Assembly (NCBI GenBank): GCA_037386545.1
Contig: JARRLY010000007.1
Span: 1 to 58,944 of the forward strand
Length of the DNA: 58,944 nt
Reading direction: 5' to 3'
Source of the DNA: Candidatus Bathyarchaeota archaeon
Lineage (GTDB): Archaea > Thermoproteota > Bathyarchaeia > Bathyarchaeales > Bathyarchaeaceae
Shown here: positions 1 through 10,152 of the stretch, piece by piece
Numbering within the stretch: position 1 is the stretch's first letter
How the letters are laid out: each line of letters starts with the position of its first letter
Translations under genes and position numbers: made by a program
The notes under the pieces: generated by a model
What the model saw: only the letters and a program-made list of their open reading frames with translations
What the model was told of the DNA's origin: nothing
Databases searched by the model: none

Positions 1-525
1 GCTAACAGTTATTGTTGTTGTGTTAGAACTACTTATTCCATGATCGTCAACAACTGTTAACATGACAGTGTATTCATCTGCAGAACTGTAACTATGGGTA
101 GTTATCATGGTGTCGCTAGTTTGTTCGTCTCCAAAATTCCATTTATAGGCAACGATTTCTCCGTCGGGGTCTGTGCTTGGGGATGCATCAAAAGTTATTG
201 TTTCTCCAACTTCAGGGTTGCTAATGTCCATAACGAATTGTGCTTGGGGATTGGCAAGAGTTGGGGTGATAAATAGTACCCAACACAACAAAAATGTGAG
301 AAAGTATCCTCCGATGCCCATGGTGAATATTTTTGTTTGGTTTGTTACTTTGTTCATGAAAAAGTACTTCAACACATAGTATGTGAGAATGTAAATCGCT
401 AAGCTGATGCTTATTCCATTAATCAGGGGGTCACCAACTTTTAGGTTAACCACAAGCGCTGCTACAAGGGCTGCAAGAACAGCAATTCCAACACGGCAAA
501 TGTAAATTACGTTTAAGATTTTCAA
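1..525 (-). CDS. EMC6-like 3-TM membrane domain fused to a C-terminal PKD domain (runs off window edge)
   Basis: Not in ORF track. Manual translation from TTG at 525: MKILNVIYICRVGIAVLAALVAALVV...KIFTMGIGGYFLTFLLCWVLF, then PKD-type motifs FDASPSTDPDGEIVAYKWNFGD and HSYSSADEYTVMLTVVDDHG. Open to base 1. Confidence 0.75.
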   Translation of the reverse strand, partial: MKILNVIYICRVGIAVLAALVAALVVNLKVGDPLINGISISLAIYILTYYVLKYFFMNKVTNQTKIFTMGIGGYFLTFLLCWVLFITPTLANPQAQFVMDISNPEVGETITFDASPSTDPDGEIVAYKWNFGDEQTSDTMITTHSYSSADEYTVMLTVVDDHGISSSNTTTITVS

Positions 526-666
526 GTTGATACCTACTGTGTGGTTTGTTAGTAGCGATGTTGCATTAGTTATCTTGGTTTCCTATATAGTTTTTCACAA
601 TTCCTTTCAAAGTTCTCACTGCCAACAGCTTTACTTTCAAGCAGATATGAAAAAGTTCCAAAGCTT

Positions 667-1833
667 TCATGAGATTTCACTATTCCAATAGTACACCTCA
701 GAGTAACTATCAGAAAAATCAAAACTTGAATCATCATAGATTATGTCCAGTCGAAGACCATACTTTTCAATCAGTTTGTTCATGTTGCTCCAAATCAAAG
801 CTGACTTTTCATCTGGACCCCAAGAAGGCATCCAGATTTTATCTTCAGGATAGCGCATGGCCCAACCATAATCTTTAGGAAGAACAAAAGCGACGTCAGC
901 CTCTGTTTTCTCTAAATCTTCGTGCTCAGGAAAACGCGTTATATTCCAAAAGGCTTCCATAGCTTCGAAATGTTCTTCTTCTAAGATGCCAAAAGTTTCC
1001 TCATAGGGATAATCAAATACAACAACATATTTTGCCCCAGCAGAATAAGAAGCAATCATATCATCAAACATTTCAGGACCAGTCTTGTAGGTTCCTTGGT
1101 GCATATCGTCAGGGTTTTGGCTGTTCCATACTATAATTGTGCCCCAGTCCTTGTTTTGAACTTTAGCTGCCCCCCTGCAAAGGGCTATGTGCTGGGTTCG
1201 GTTGTGACCCCAACCTAATTCAACAAACACGGTGTCAAATCCTGCGAGATAATCAAACCAATACAAGGCATAATCTGATGTGAAAACAGGAAGACCAGTG
1301 TTTTTCACAAACTGCCAACTGTACCCAGAAGATATTCCGTCAACAAACACGTTTGCAGCATCAGTGTAGTCAGAAGCGTTTTCAAAGAGTTCATTTCCGT
1401 TGTCTATAGCACGCCAATGCCCTGAATCTACTTGTTTGCCCCCGGGCTCATCATGCAAATAAACTCCTAAAAATTGGTCGCCCCATCGTTGTTTTGCCGT
1501 AGTTAAATATTCTTGAATCCACGGATATGTTTGGTAAGGAACAAAATCAAAATAAACCATTATGCTCATGTTGGCGTCAACTGCATATTGGCTGATTTCA
1601 TTTAGTGCTTTTTCGTTTAAGGACACGTCCCAGTTACTTATGAGAAAAAAGTTTGTGAAATCTTTTACTTTGTCTATTAGAAGCTTTGCTTGAGTTGTTG
1701 AGTTGCCTCCAAAAGAAACCCCAAAAAAGAGTTCCTCGTCAACTTCAGGTGCATTGGATTCAGTAAGGATTAACGAAAAAACAGCAGCACAAACCAACAA
1801 GATACCAACAAGAACCAGCAACCAATGCTTCAT
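667..1833 (-). CDS. secreted/membrane-anchored hypothetical protein
   Basis: 388 aa ORF with hydrophobic N-terminal anchor and aromatic-rich body containing YLHDEPGG; no firm family. Confidence 0.7.
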   Translation of the reverse strand: MKHWLLVLVGILLVCAAVFSLILTESNAPEVDEELFFGVSFGGNSTTQAKLLIDKVKDFTNFFLISNWDVSLNEKALNEISQYAVDANMSIMVYFDFVPYQTYPWIQEYLTTAKQRWGDQFLGVYLHDEPGGKQVDSGHWRAIDNGNELFENASDYTDAANVFVDGISSGYSWQFVKNTGLPVFTSDYALYWFDYLAGFDTVFVELGWGHNRTQHIALCRGAAKVQNKDWGTIIVWNSQNPDDMHQGTYKTGPEMFDDMIASYSAGAKYVVVFDYPYEETFGILEEEHFEAMEAFWNITRFPEHEDLEKTEADVAFVLPKDYGWAMRYPEDKIWMPSWGPDEKSALIWSNMNKLIEKYGLRLDIIYDDSSFDFSDSYSEVYYWNSEIS

Positions 1834-1967
1834 GAAACATCACAAAAGGAATTACAGTATGATAATAAAATCTTTTACAGACGTCAAGTTATTTTTGGAA
1901 TAAAAACATAGGGCTAAGATTATAAACAGTTTGAACCAAAAAGATTCAAAAACGGGGATTAACTCCA

Positions 1968-2219
1968 ATGGGGGACAAAACCAGTGCACTATATACCTTC
2001 ATTTTGCAAATTATTGCAATAGGTCTTTTAGTTTTCCTGTTTCTTGTGATAATGCTGGTTCTTGTAGGAAAGGCCCCGATAATGATTTTGTTCACACCGT
2101 CGGGATTTCTTCTTGAACTTATTCTTGTAATTTATTTTTGGCTGTTAATATTTCCTTTATCGAGTAAACACAAAAAACCAAAGAAATCTAACAAAAAAGA
2201 AGAAAAAGAACAGGTTTGA
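1968..2219 (+). CDS. small membrane protein
   Basis: Two hydrophobic helices and a basic tail, 83 aa. Confidence 0.5.
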   Translation: MGDKTSALYTFILQIIAIGLLVFLFLVIMLVLVGKAPIMILFTPSGFLLELILVIYFWLLIFPLSSKHKKPKKSNKKEEKEQV

Positions 2220-2316
2220 ACGTAATTGTTTTCAGGTCAATAACATAAAACAGAAAAGGAATAGGGAGAACTTCCTTTAGAAAAAAACATGGTTCTAAGT
2301 TCTTGAGGCAACAACG

Positions 2317-4329
2317 TTGAAGGATGTAATGACAAGCTTTGATGTATTAGCAGTTACTCGCGAAGCAAACCAGAAAATAGAAGGCGCATTTATATCCAAA
2401 ATTTATCAAATAGGAACAAAAACAGTTCTTTTAAAACTTCGAAAACCTGGAAAACCCCGAATACAACTACTAATTGAAGCAGGAAAACGACTACATTTAA
2501 CCGCATATGCTCATGAAACACCTCAAAGACCCTCTGGATTTTGCATGTCCCTTAGAAAATATCTAGACAATGGAGTAATCCAAGCAGTAAACCAACACGA
2601 GTTTGAAAGAATAGTAACCATAGAAATAAACACTCGACAAGGCGTTTTCCAGTTGATTTCAGAACTTTTCGGTAACGGAAACATAATCCTAGTTGACCCC
2701 GAACAAAAAATTCTTCAAGCCATGACCTACAAACGAATGAAAGACAGAAACATCCTGCGAAATGAACCATTTCAATATCCCCCTCCAAGAGGAAAAAACC
2801 CTAAAAGTTTGAACCTTCAAGAATTTAAAAAAATCACAGAATTCGGAGAAAAAGAAATAGTAAGAGCCCTAACCAAAGCAGTAAGCATCAGTGGTGCTTA
2901 CGCTGAAGAGATTCTCCTCAGGTCAAAAATAAACAAAAAAACACAATCCAATGAACTTACAGAAGACCAGCTTGACACAATTTTTAGGGAACTTCAAAAT
3001 CTTTTTTCTGTAATTGAGGCAATAAATTTGGAGCCTTGCATAGTAAGTGACGAAAATGAACATTGGATAGATGTAACTGCGGTGGAACTCAAAAAATATG
3101 AGCAGTTTACTAAACAAAAATTTGAAACATTCAATACTGCACTTGATGAATATTATGCAAAAATTACTGATTTTGAAAATACCAAAGAAGCAACTGGAGA
3201 TGTTGAAAAGGAAGTTGCACGCCAAAAACGGATTCTTGAAAAACAACTTCGAGCATTAGAAGATTTAAAAAAGCCAATAACAAAAAACAAAAAAATTGGT
3301 GATGTGATTTACCAGTATTTTGGAGATTTTCAGTCTCTTATGCAAAAAATTTTGGAACAAAAAAATTATGGAAAAACTTGGGATGAAATCGCCTCAATAT
3401 TGAAAAAAGGAAATAAAGAAAACATTCATCCTGCTACCTTTTTCCAGTCGTTAGATGCTAAAAACCAGATTCTTCAGGTCAGTGTTGAGGATGTTAGTTT
3501 TTCGTTGAATCTTCGTGATTCTGTTCAAGACAACGCAAACCGTTACTATTTAAAATCCAAGAAAGCAGAAAAGAAACTAAAGGGTGCTGAAAAAACTCTT
3601 CAGGAAATTCGTGTAAAAATTGAGAAAACAAAAAAACAAGTTGTTTTGACAAAAAAGGAACAGCAACCTCTTGCCAAACGACGTAAAAAAGAGTGGTACG
3701 AAAAATTCAGGTGGTTCCATTCTTCTGACGGCTTTCTTGTTATCGGAGGCAGAGATGCCACAACAAACGAGTTAATCGTCAAAAAACGAATGGAACCCAA
3801 TGACATTATTTTTCACGCTGAAATCGTTGGTGCTCCTTTTGTTTTGATTAAAACTGAAGGAAAACCAGTTCCCGAACAAACAATCAATGAAGCGTCTCAA
3901 GCTGCAGCATCGTATTCTCGGGCATGGAAGGAACTTCTCAGCGCCATAAACGTTTACTGGATACACCCCGACCAAGTTAGTAAAACTCCACCTTCGGGGC
4001 AGTCTTTACCGAAAGGCTCGTTTATGATTCGAGGAAAAAAGAACTTTGTTCGGGGCGCAAAGTTGCATGTTGCTATTGGAATAAAAATTGAAGATGACAC
4101 AGTTACTCTTGTAGGTGGTCCAGTAGATGCAATTAGAAATCAAGCAACAACATATATGGAACTGATTCCTGGAACTCAAAAAAGCAGTCAAATTGCAAAA
4201 AAGATTCGTCACACTTTGTCCACTAAGGTTTCTGAAGAACTGAAAAGAACAGTTACTGCAATCCCATTAGATGAATTTCAACGGTTTATTCCCTTGGGTC
4301 GAGGAAAAATAATCGGGTCTAAAAGATAA
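2317..4329 (+). CDS. rqcH: NFACT-family ribosome quality-control protein Rqc2/RqcH
   Basis: N-terminal MTSFD, ELFGNGNIILVD, and NFACT-R WYEKFRWF..SDGFLVIGGRDATTNE, FHAE..GAP. Confidence 0.9.
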   Translation: MKDVMTSFDVLAVTREANQKIEGAFISKIYQIGTKTVLLKLRKPGKPRIQLLIEAGKRLHLTAYAHETPQRPSGFCMSLRKYLDNGVIQAVNQHEFERIVTIEINTRQGVFQLISELFGNGNIILVDPEQKILQAMTYKRMKDRNILRNEPFQYPPPRGKNPKSLNLQEFKKITEFGEKEIVRALTKAVSISGAYAEEILLRSKINKKTQSNELTEDQLDTIFRELQNLFSVIEAINLEPCIVSDENEHWIDVTAVELKKYEQFTKQKFETFNTALDEYYAKITDFENTKEATGDVEKEVARQKRILEKQLRALEDLKKPITKNKKIGDVIYQYFGDFQSLMQKILEQKNYGKTWDEIASILKKGNKENIHPATFFQSLDAKNQILQVSVEDVSFSLNLRDSVQDNANRYYLKSKKAEKKLKGAEKTLQEIRVKIEKTKKQVVLTKKEQQPLAKRRKKEWYEKFRWFHSSDGFLVIGGRDATTNELIVKKRMEPNDIIFHAEIVGAPFVLIKTEGKPVPEQTINEASQAAASYSRAWKELLSAINVYWIHPDQVSKTPPSGQSLPKGSFMIRGKKNFVRGAKLHVAIGIKIEDDTVTLVGGPVDAIRNQATTYMELIPGTQKSSQIAKKIRHTLSTKVSEELKRTVTAIPLDEFQRFIPLGRGKIIGSKR

Positions 4330-4375
4330 AAAAAGATTGAATAAAAATGGATTAAAAGTAGTTTAAAAAAAGGAA

Positions 4376-4636
4376 CTACTCTTTGTTGTGTTTTTTGGTG
4401 TAGCAGTCCCAGCAGAGAATTTCACAGTTCTCAATTACTGGTTTACCACCTTTGTCTGGGCTAACGATGAAATCTGCTTCCCAGCCTTTTTCGTCTGGTT
4501 GGCCTCGTTTGTTCCAGTCAACTTGTTTCATACATAATGAATTGTATTTGTGTCCGTGTTCAAGCTTTAAGCATTCACATCTAAAGTCTGCAGCGCCGAA
4601 CGCTTGCTTTACAACTTCTTCGGGGAATTCAACCAT
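4376..4636 (-). CDS. small HNH-like Zn-binding protein
   Basis: RCEC...WEA...GG...ENCEILCWDCY pattern typical of stand-alone HNH-like proteins. Confidence 0.6.
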   Translation of the reverse strand: MVEFPEEVVKQAFGAADFRCECLKLEHGHKYNSLCMKQVDWNKRGQPDEKGWEADFIVSPDKGGKPVIENCEILCWDCYTKKHNKE

Positions 4637-4781
4637 TTTCCTGTTCCTCCAATAAGTTCACAGCACTTATTCAAATTTCCTCATTTAAACCTTATTGTGA
4701 GAACCGAAAAAAATCGATGTAGAGTTGTTTTTGCTCCAATTTGTAGCAGATAACAAAAAGAATTCAACCGAATATTTTCGG

Positions 4782-6314
4782 CTAGAACTCATAAAGACTT
4801 GAGTATTTTTGGTTCAAATAGTTCAAGAACGGCACTACCGTGAGGTCAGTTCCCGTGATTTTTTTGATTAATTCTGGTGCATCGTACAAGTTTCCATAAC
4901 CGTGAACCGTTTGGATCAACCAATTTTTCACGTTTTGGAAGTTGCCTTTAGAAATCTGTTTTTTCCAATCAGGAATTTGTGATTCCATGCACGCTAATAG
5001 TTGTCCACTGTAAATATTTCCTAAAGCATAACTTGGGAAATAACCAAATAACCCGCTTCCCCAGTGGGTGTCTTGCATGACGCCTTCAGAGTCATCTTCT
5101 ATTTTTACTCCAAGAAACTTGTTGTAGCTTTCGTTCCAGATTTGAGGCAACTCATCCACTGAAATTTTTCCAGCAAACAAATCGCGTTCCAAATTAAATC
5201 GAATAATCACGTGAAGTCCATAGGTCACTTCGTCGGCTTCAACTCGAATCTTCGAAGGCTGAACATGATTGATTGTGTGAACAAAATTTTGTAATTTAAC
5301 ATCAGATAGGTTTCCTGCAACTTTTTTGAGGACAGGCAAAAAGTAACTCCAAAATTCCATGGATCGCCCTACAATGTTTTCAACAAAGCGAGATTGAGAC
5401 TCATGAAAACCCATGGAACAGGATTCTCCAACTGGCTGAAGCATCCATTCAGGTTTCAAATTCTGCTCATATAATGCGTGTCCACCTTCGTGCAGTACAG
5501 AAAACACAGAAGTGGCAAACTTGTTTGGGTAATAGTGGGTAGTTATTCGCACATCATCGTAGTAACCTGTTGTGAAAGGATGTTCAGTTTCGTCAATTCT
5601 ACCTCCAGACTTGTCAGAAGTAACATCATAACCAATAAACCCTGCAAGTATCTGTCCAATCTTTTTCTGGGTTTCAACTGGAACATGACGATTAAGAACC
5701 GAAAGGTCAGGCTGTTTTGTGGACGATGTGCATTTTTCCAGAATTGAAACAAGCCCTTTTTGCAATTTATTAAAGACCGAGCTAATGACATCAGAGGTCA
5801 TTTTAGGTTCAAAAATGTCAATTAAAGCGTCGTAAGGGTTTGCGGTTTGTTTGACATCCATCAAAAGGTCTGCAGCTTGTTTTTTTAAATCAAAAAGTTT
5901 TTGCAACTCAGGTTTAAACTTCAAAAAATCCTTAGAGGCTTTGGCTTTTTTCCAAGTGTCGATTGTTATTGCGGTTTGTTTTGAGGTTTCTACCACAAGT
6001 TTTTCGGGCAGTTTTGTGTCTTCATCATAGTTTTTCTTTATGAGGTAAAGGTTTCTTTTCTGAACCATGCTTAAGTTGTCGTAATCTGAATGGTCTATAA
6101 CTTGTTTAAGCAACTGTCCAATTTTGGGGTCGGTGCTCATTTGGTGTGCAATTTTACTAAGCATGGCAAGTTGTTGGCTGCGCATGTTAATTCCTTTGGG
6201 GGGCATTTTTGTTTCCATGTCCCAATGTAGAATTGAAATTGCGGTTCCAAGGGTTTTTGTTTCTTTGGTTTTTTGTATCAATTTTTTGTAACTTGAACGG
6301 ATGGACATAGTCAT
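4782..6314 (-). CDS. carboxypeptidase, M32 family
   Basis: HPF, DVRITT, HEGGHALYEQ, HESQS, IRVEADE, QDTHW and GYFPSYALG motifs. Start taken at ATG 6314. Confidence 0.93.
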   Translation of the reverse strand: MTMSIRSSYKKLIQKTKETKTLGTAISILHWDMETKMPPKGINMRSQQLAMLSKIAHQMSTDPKIGQLLKQVIDHSDYDNLSMVQKRNLYLIKKNYDEDTKLPEKLVVETSKQTAITIDTWKKAKASKDFLKFKPELQKLFDLKKQAADLLMDVKQTANPYDALIDIFEPKMTSDVISSVFNKLQKGLVSILEKCTSSTKQPDLSVLNRHVPVETQKKIGQILAGFIGYDVTSDKSGGRIDETEHPFTTGYYDDVRITTHYYPNKFATSVFSVLHEGGHALYEQNLKPEWMLQPVGESCSMGFHESQSRFVENIVGRSMEFWSYFLPVLKKVAGNLSDVKLQNFVHTINHVQPSKIRVEADEVTYGLHVIIRFNLERDLFAGKISVDELPQIWNESYNKFLGVKIEDDSEGVMQDTHWGSGLFGYFPSYALGNIYSGQLLACMESQIPDWKKQISKGNFQNVKNWLIQTVHGYGNLYDAPELIKKITGTDLTVVPFLNYLNQKYSSLYEF

Positions 6315-6398
6315 TTGAATTGCTCCTGACATCTTATTGGCGTGGAATCAGCTTTTAATATGTGTTCTTTCAGTTACAGATTCAAGAAGGGTTAAACA

Positions 6399-6932
6399 GT
6401 GAAAAAATGGCAAACTATTGACTCAAAACTTCTTTATCAATCAGAGTTTGTTTCTGTTTTTGAAGACAAGGTAGTTTTACCCAATGGAAAAGAAATTGAA
6501 TACAACACAATCAAATTAAGAGATTTTGTGTCTGTTGTGCCTCTCGTTGAAGACAATGTTGTTATGATTGAAATTTTGCGGTATCCCCGTAACTGTTTAA
6601 GCATGGAAATCCCAAGCGGGCACATAGAACCAAACGAAACCCCTAAACAAAGTGCTGTTCGCGAACTATTAGAAGAAACAGGATATACAGCAGGTAAATT
6701 AGCGCCCCTTGGCAAGTTTAATCCCTTGTCTCGAAGCTTGCAAAAAGCTCATTTATTTTTAGCAACAAAATTAACAAAAGGAACCCAAAGACTAGAAGAA
6801 ACAGAACAAATCCAAGTAAAACATGTACCAATTAAAAACATTTCTGAACTTTTGAACACCGAACAAATCACTCACGCCCCCACAATAATCGGGTTACAAA
6901 AGTTGCTATTGATTAACAAAAAACCAAAATGA
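6399..6932 (+). CDS. NUDIX hydrolase (ADP-ribose pyrophosphatase-like)
   Basis: Nudix box GHIEPNETPKQSAVRELLEETG. Confidence 0.88.
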   Translation: MKKWQTIDSKLLYQSEFVSVFEDKVVLPNGKEIEYNTIKLRDFVSVVPLVEDNVVMIEILRYPRNCLSMEIPSGHIEPNETPKQSAVRELLEETGYTAGKLAPLGKFNPLSRSLQKAHLFLATKLTKGTQRLEETEQIQVKHVPIKNISELLNTEQITHAPTIIGLQKLLLINKKPK

Positions 6933-7241
6933 CTTGCTACAGAATTCTTGAAAAAGTAATTTTTTCTAAAATATTGTAGCCTCTAAACTCGCTCAGGATT
7001 ATTTTCGGCGGATGTAGTTACACCTTGGCCAGATGTGCAGGAGTTAATTTTAATCTCTCTCGTTCACGTATCACGTATGCATATGTTTTCATATATCTAG
7101 TGTGCGTGTGTATTCTTTCTTTCACTCTTTCATTCTGTCGTGCATAAGCTGAATATAATAAATTACTTCCAAATTAATTTCCAAAATAGCCCGCAAGACC
7201 TTTATTAATGAAGTTACAATTTTCGAAAGGAGACTCGAGCC

Positions 7242-7985
7242 ATGGATTTCTTTGACCTTATGAGTATTTCACATCGTTATATGGATATACTAAACCCATC
7301 AACAACTGAAAAAATCATCAAACTTGGCAAACTACTTAAATTGAAAAAAGGAAAACGGGTCATCGATTTTGGTTGTGGTAGTGCCGAGTCACTCATTATC
7401 TGGGCTGAAGAATTCGAGATAACGGGTATTGGAATCGATATATCCAAGGATTTCTGTGAAAGGGCCAAGAAAAAGCTGGTTGAGAGAGGTTTATCAGACA
7501 GAATCAAAATCGTTTGCTCCAAAGGAGATGACTACATATTTGAAGAGAGAACTTTCGATGCTGCAACATGTATCGGGGCGACATTTATTTGGGGTGGCTA
7601 CAAGCAAACAATCCAGGCAATGAAAAATGCTATTCATCAAAATGGACGCCTGGGAATCGGTGAAACTCACTGGCTTACCAATCAGGTACATCCAAAATAC
7701 GCCCAAAGACAGACAAGCACCCACACAGAAGCTGAACTGGCTCAAATTACCCGGGATGAAGGCTTTGAACTCGAATACATCATCCGTGCCAGCCCTGACG
7801 ACTGGGAGAGATACTCTTCGGATTGCTGGTATGCACTAATACGCTGGCTTAAAGAAAATCCAAGCCACCCCGACCATGAACAGGTATTCAAGCATTTTCG
7901 CACTTCCCAAGATGACTATTTACAGTTCCAGCGCCAATACATGGGTTGGGCGATGTACTGCCTCACTTCCATAAAAGCTAATTAA
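7242..7985 (+). CDS. class I SAM-dependent methyltransferase
   Basis: VIDFGCGS motif I, GIDIS, FDAATCIGA. Confidence 0.85.
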   Translation: MDFFDLMSISHRYMDILNPSTTEKIIKLGKLLKLKKGKRVIDFGCGSAESLIIWAEEFEITGIGIDISKDFCERAKKKLVERGLSDRIKIVCSKGDDYIFEERTFDAATCIGATFIWGGYKQTIQAMKNAIHQNGRLGIGETHWLTNQVHPKYAQRQTSTHTEAELAQITRDEGFELEYIIRASPDDWERYSSDCWYALIRWLKENPSHPDHEQVFKHFRTSQDDYLQFQRQYMGWAMYCLTSIKAN

Positions 7986-8233
7986 TTACAATAGTCAAGA
8001 TTGTCTATCTGCAGTAAGAAAAATATGGATTCTTTTTCAATAGAAAGGGTATCAGCACGAGAAAATAAAACATGCCCATGTCCATTCAGTGGTGATTTTT
8101 ACCTAAAAAAAGATTAAATGCTAACCCCACACAATCAGTGTAAAACTAACAACAAGCGAACAATTTTCAAAAATTTACTACAAGCTAATAGTATTTTCTA
8201 AGTTACAGCTAACCGTAGCATAATAATAGAAAA

Positions 8234-8257
8234 AATCAGGAAACAATTCTCCTGATT
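8234..8257 (-). terminator. hairpin plus T-tract downstream of iscU
   Basis: AATCAGGA/TCCTGATT inverted repeat at the iscU stop, followed on the minus strand by a T run. Confidence 0.45.
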
Positions 8258-8633
8258 ATTTTTTTGTTTCTTTCTTTGTTTGATAATCTTTTATGGCTTC
8301 ATGCAAAGCATCAGCAGCAAGATTAGAGCAGTGCATCTTGATAGGAGGTAGGCCACCCAGGTTTTTTGCTACTTCTGCTCGGCTGATGTTCATTGCTTCT
8401 TCGATGGTTTTTCCTTTTGCCATTTCAGTTGCCATGCTACTAGTTGCTATGGCTGCTCCACATCCAAAGGTTTTGAATTTGATGTCTTCGATTTTTTCAT
8501 CTTTGACTTTGATGTACATAGTCATCAAGTCGCCACAAGTGGGGTTGCCTACTGTTCCGACTCCGTCGGCGTTTTCAATTTCACCTACGTTTCGGGGGTT
8601 TTTGAAATGATCCATAACTTTTTCGCTATACAT
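8256..8633 (-). CDS. iscU: Fe-S cluster scaffold protein IscU/NifU-N
   Basis: YSEKVMDHFKNPRNVG, GNPTCGD, FGCGAAIA, LPPIKMHCS. Confidence 0.95.
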   Translation of the reverse strand: MYSEKVMDHFKNPRNVGEIENADGVGTVGNPTCGDLMTMYIKVKDEKIEDIKFKTFGCGAAIATSSMATEMAKGKTIEEAMNISRAEVAKNLGGLPPIKMHCSNLAADALHEAIKDYQTKKETKK

Positions 8634-8642
8634 TTTGTTTTT

Positions 8643-9818
8643 TCACCTCAAGATTTCTTTCGGAGTAAGGGGCGAAAGCGCTCGCAATCGCTTAACCACA
8701 TCGGGTATTACTTCTAGCACGTAATCCATTCCTTCTTGTGTGTTTTGTTTACCCAAAGTAAACGCTAACGAACCATGAGCAAGCTCATGAGACAACCCAA
8801 TGGCTCGAAGCACATGGGAAGGTTCTAAGGTTTTTGACGAACACGCCGAACCTGAAGAGGCTTGAATTCCGTACATGTCCAGACTTAAAATGAGTGATTC
8901 ACCTTCTATATAACTGAACCTAAGATTCGCGTTATTAGGCAAACGTTCAGTGCGATGACCGTTCAAAAACGAGTAAGGGATTTCATCCAAAACACCATCA
9001 ATGAGTTTGTCCCGCAAGGCAATCAAACGTTTACTTTCAGTTTCCATTTCAGCTTGAGCGAGCTCTGCTGCTTTTGCCATGCCAACTATTCCAGAAACGT
9101 TTTCGGTGCCAGAACGTAAACCGTTTTCTTGTCCACCACCTTGGTCGATGGGGACAATTCTGGTTCCCTTTTTTATGTATAGGGCTCCAACGCCTTTAGG
9201 TCCGTATAAATCGTTTGAGGAAAGAGTCAATAAATTAATGTTTTCTTCTAATACGTTAATTGGGACTTGACCAGCTGCTGCTACTGCATCTACATGCAAA
9301 ATGATGTTTTTTTCTTTAGCTAAATTTCCAATTTGTTTTATGGGTTGAATGCTTCCAATTTCGCCATTAGCATACATAACAGACAGCATTATCGTTTGGT
9401 CGGTAATTGCAGATTCAAGTTTTTCAAGGTCTACAATTCCTTTGTCGTCTACGGGAACAAAAGTTACTTCAAATCCCTGTTTTTGCAAATACTTGCAGAT
9501 GTTAATCACAGACATGTGCTCAATAGCAGTTGTGATTATGTGATTTCCTTTGGATTTGTTCCGAAAAGCTGCGCCCTTAATTGCGAGGTTGTTTGATTCT
9601 GTTCCCCCAGAAGTAAAAATTATTTCTTGAGCTTTTTCTGCCCCGATTAATTGAGCAACTTTCTCTCGAGAACTTGTTAAGGCTTCTTTGGCAGCATTTC
9701 CGTAAGAGTGCCCTGAGGAAGCGTTACCATAATCTTCTAGAAAATATGGATTCATTGCTTTAAGGACCCTTTTGTCTACGGGCTTTCCTGCGCCATAATC
9801 CATATACATTTTTGGCAA
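8643..9818 (-). CDS. iscS: cysteine desulfurase IscS/NifS
   Basis: FTSGGTESNN, HVDAV, RSGTENV, SSGSAC catalytic Cys. The expected PLP lysine motif reads SSNDLYGPKG. Confidence 0.88.
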   Translation of the reverse strand: MPKMYMDYGAGKPVDKRVLKAMNPYFLEDYGNASSGHSYGNAAKEALTSSREKVAQLIGAEKAQEIIFTSGGTESNNLAIKGAAFRNKSKGNHIITTAIEHMSVINICKYLQKQGFEVTFVPVDDKGIVDLEKLESAITDQTIMLSVMYANGEIGSIQPIKQIGNLAKEKNIILHVDAVAAAGQVPINVLEENINLLTLSSNDLYGPKGVGALYIKKGTRIVPIDQGGGQENGLRSGTENVSGIVGMAKAAELAQAEMETESKRLIALRDKLIDGVLDEIPYSFLNGHRTERLPNNANLRFSYIEGESLILSLDMYGIQASSGSACSSKTLEPSHVLRAIGLSHELAHGSLAFTLGKQNTQEGMDYVLEVIPDVVKRLRALSPLTPKEILR

Positions 9819-9832
9819 TTCACAACAAGCTC

Positions 9833-10075
9833 CTATTTTGTTTTTTGGATTAGAAAATGGAATTCGCCATTTTCTTCGTACATTTTAAGTAATTTATATT
9901 CAAGATGTTTGACTAGACGTGGTATGTCTTCTTCAGATGCAGGATCGTCTGCAACGACTTCTAAGATCTGCCCTTCTTCCAGTTGGTCTAGTGCTTGCCG
10001 GGTTCGAAAAACCGGTTCTGGACAATACAGACCAACACAATCAAGGTTACTGTCAGGTTCAGTTTGATTATCCAA
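9833..10075 (-). CDS. tusA: sulfur carrier TusA/SirA family
   Basis: LDCVGLYCPEP and ADDP motifs. Confidence 0.9.
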   Translation of the reverse strand: MDNQTEPDSNLDCVGLYCPEPVFRTRQALDQLEEGQILEVVADDPASEEDIPRLVKHLEYKLLKMYEENGEFHFLIQKTK

Positions 10076-10137
10076 CCTAAAACCTCCAATAATTCAAAAT
10101 GGTCATGCATAATTAAAATAGGTTTCCCGTATATAAT

Positions 10138-10152
10138 TATAACGCCGTTATA
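10138..10152. promoter_or_regulatory. perfect palindrome upstream of tusA-iscS-iscU (candidate operator)
   Basis: TATAACG-C-CGTTATA between the divergent tusA and tRNA promoters. Confidence 0.4.

Noticed and set aside
4376..4636. HNH-like gene as a homing endonuclease or defence system
   Set aside because: It is very short, the catalytic His region looks degenerate, and there is no intron, intein or defence context.
6940..7240. Long spacer with alternating purine-pyrimidine tracts and a 38-codon minus-strand ORF before the methyltransferase
   Set aside because: No terminal repeats, transposase remnant or recognisable motif; too weak to call.
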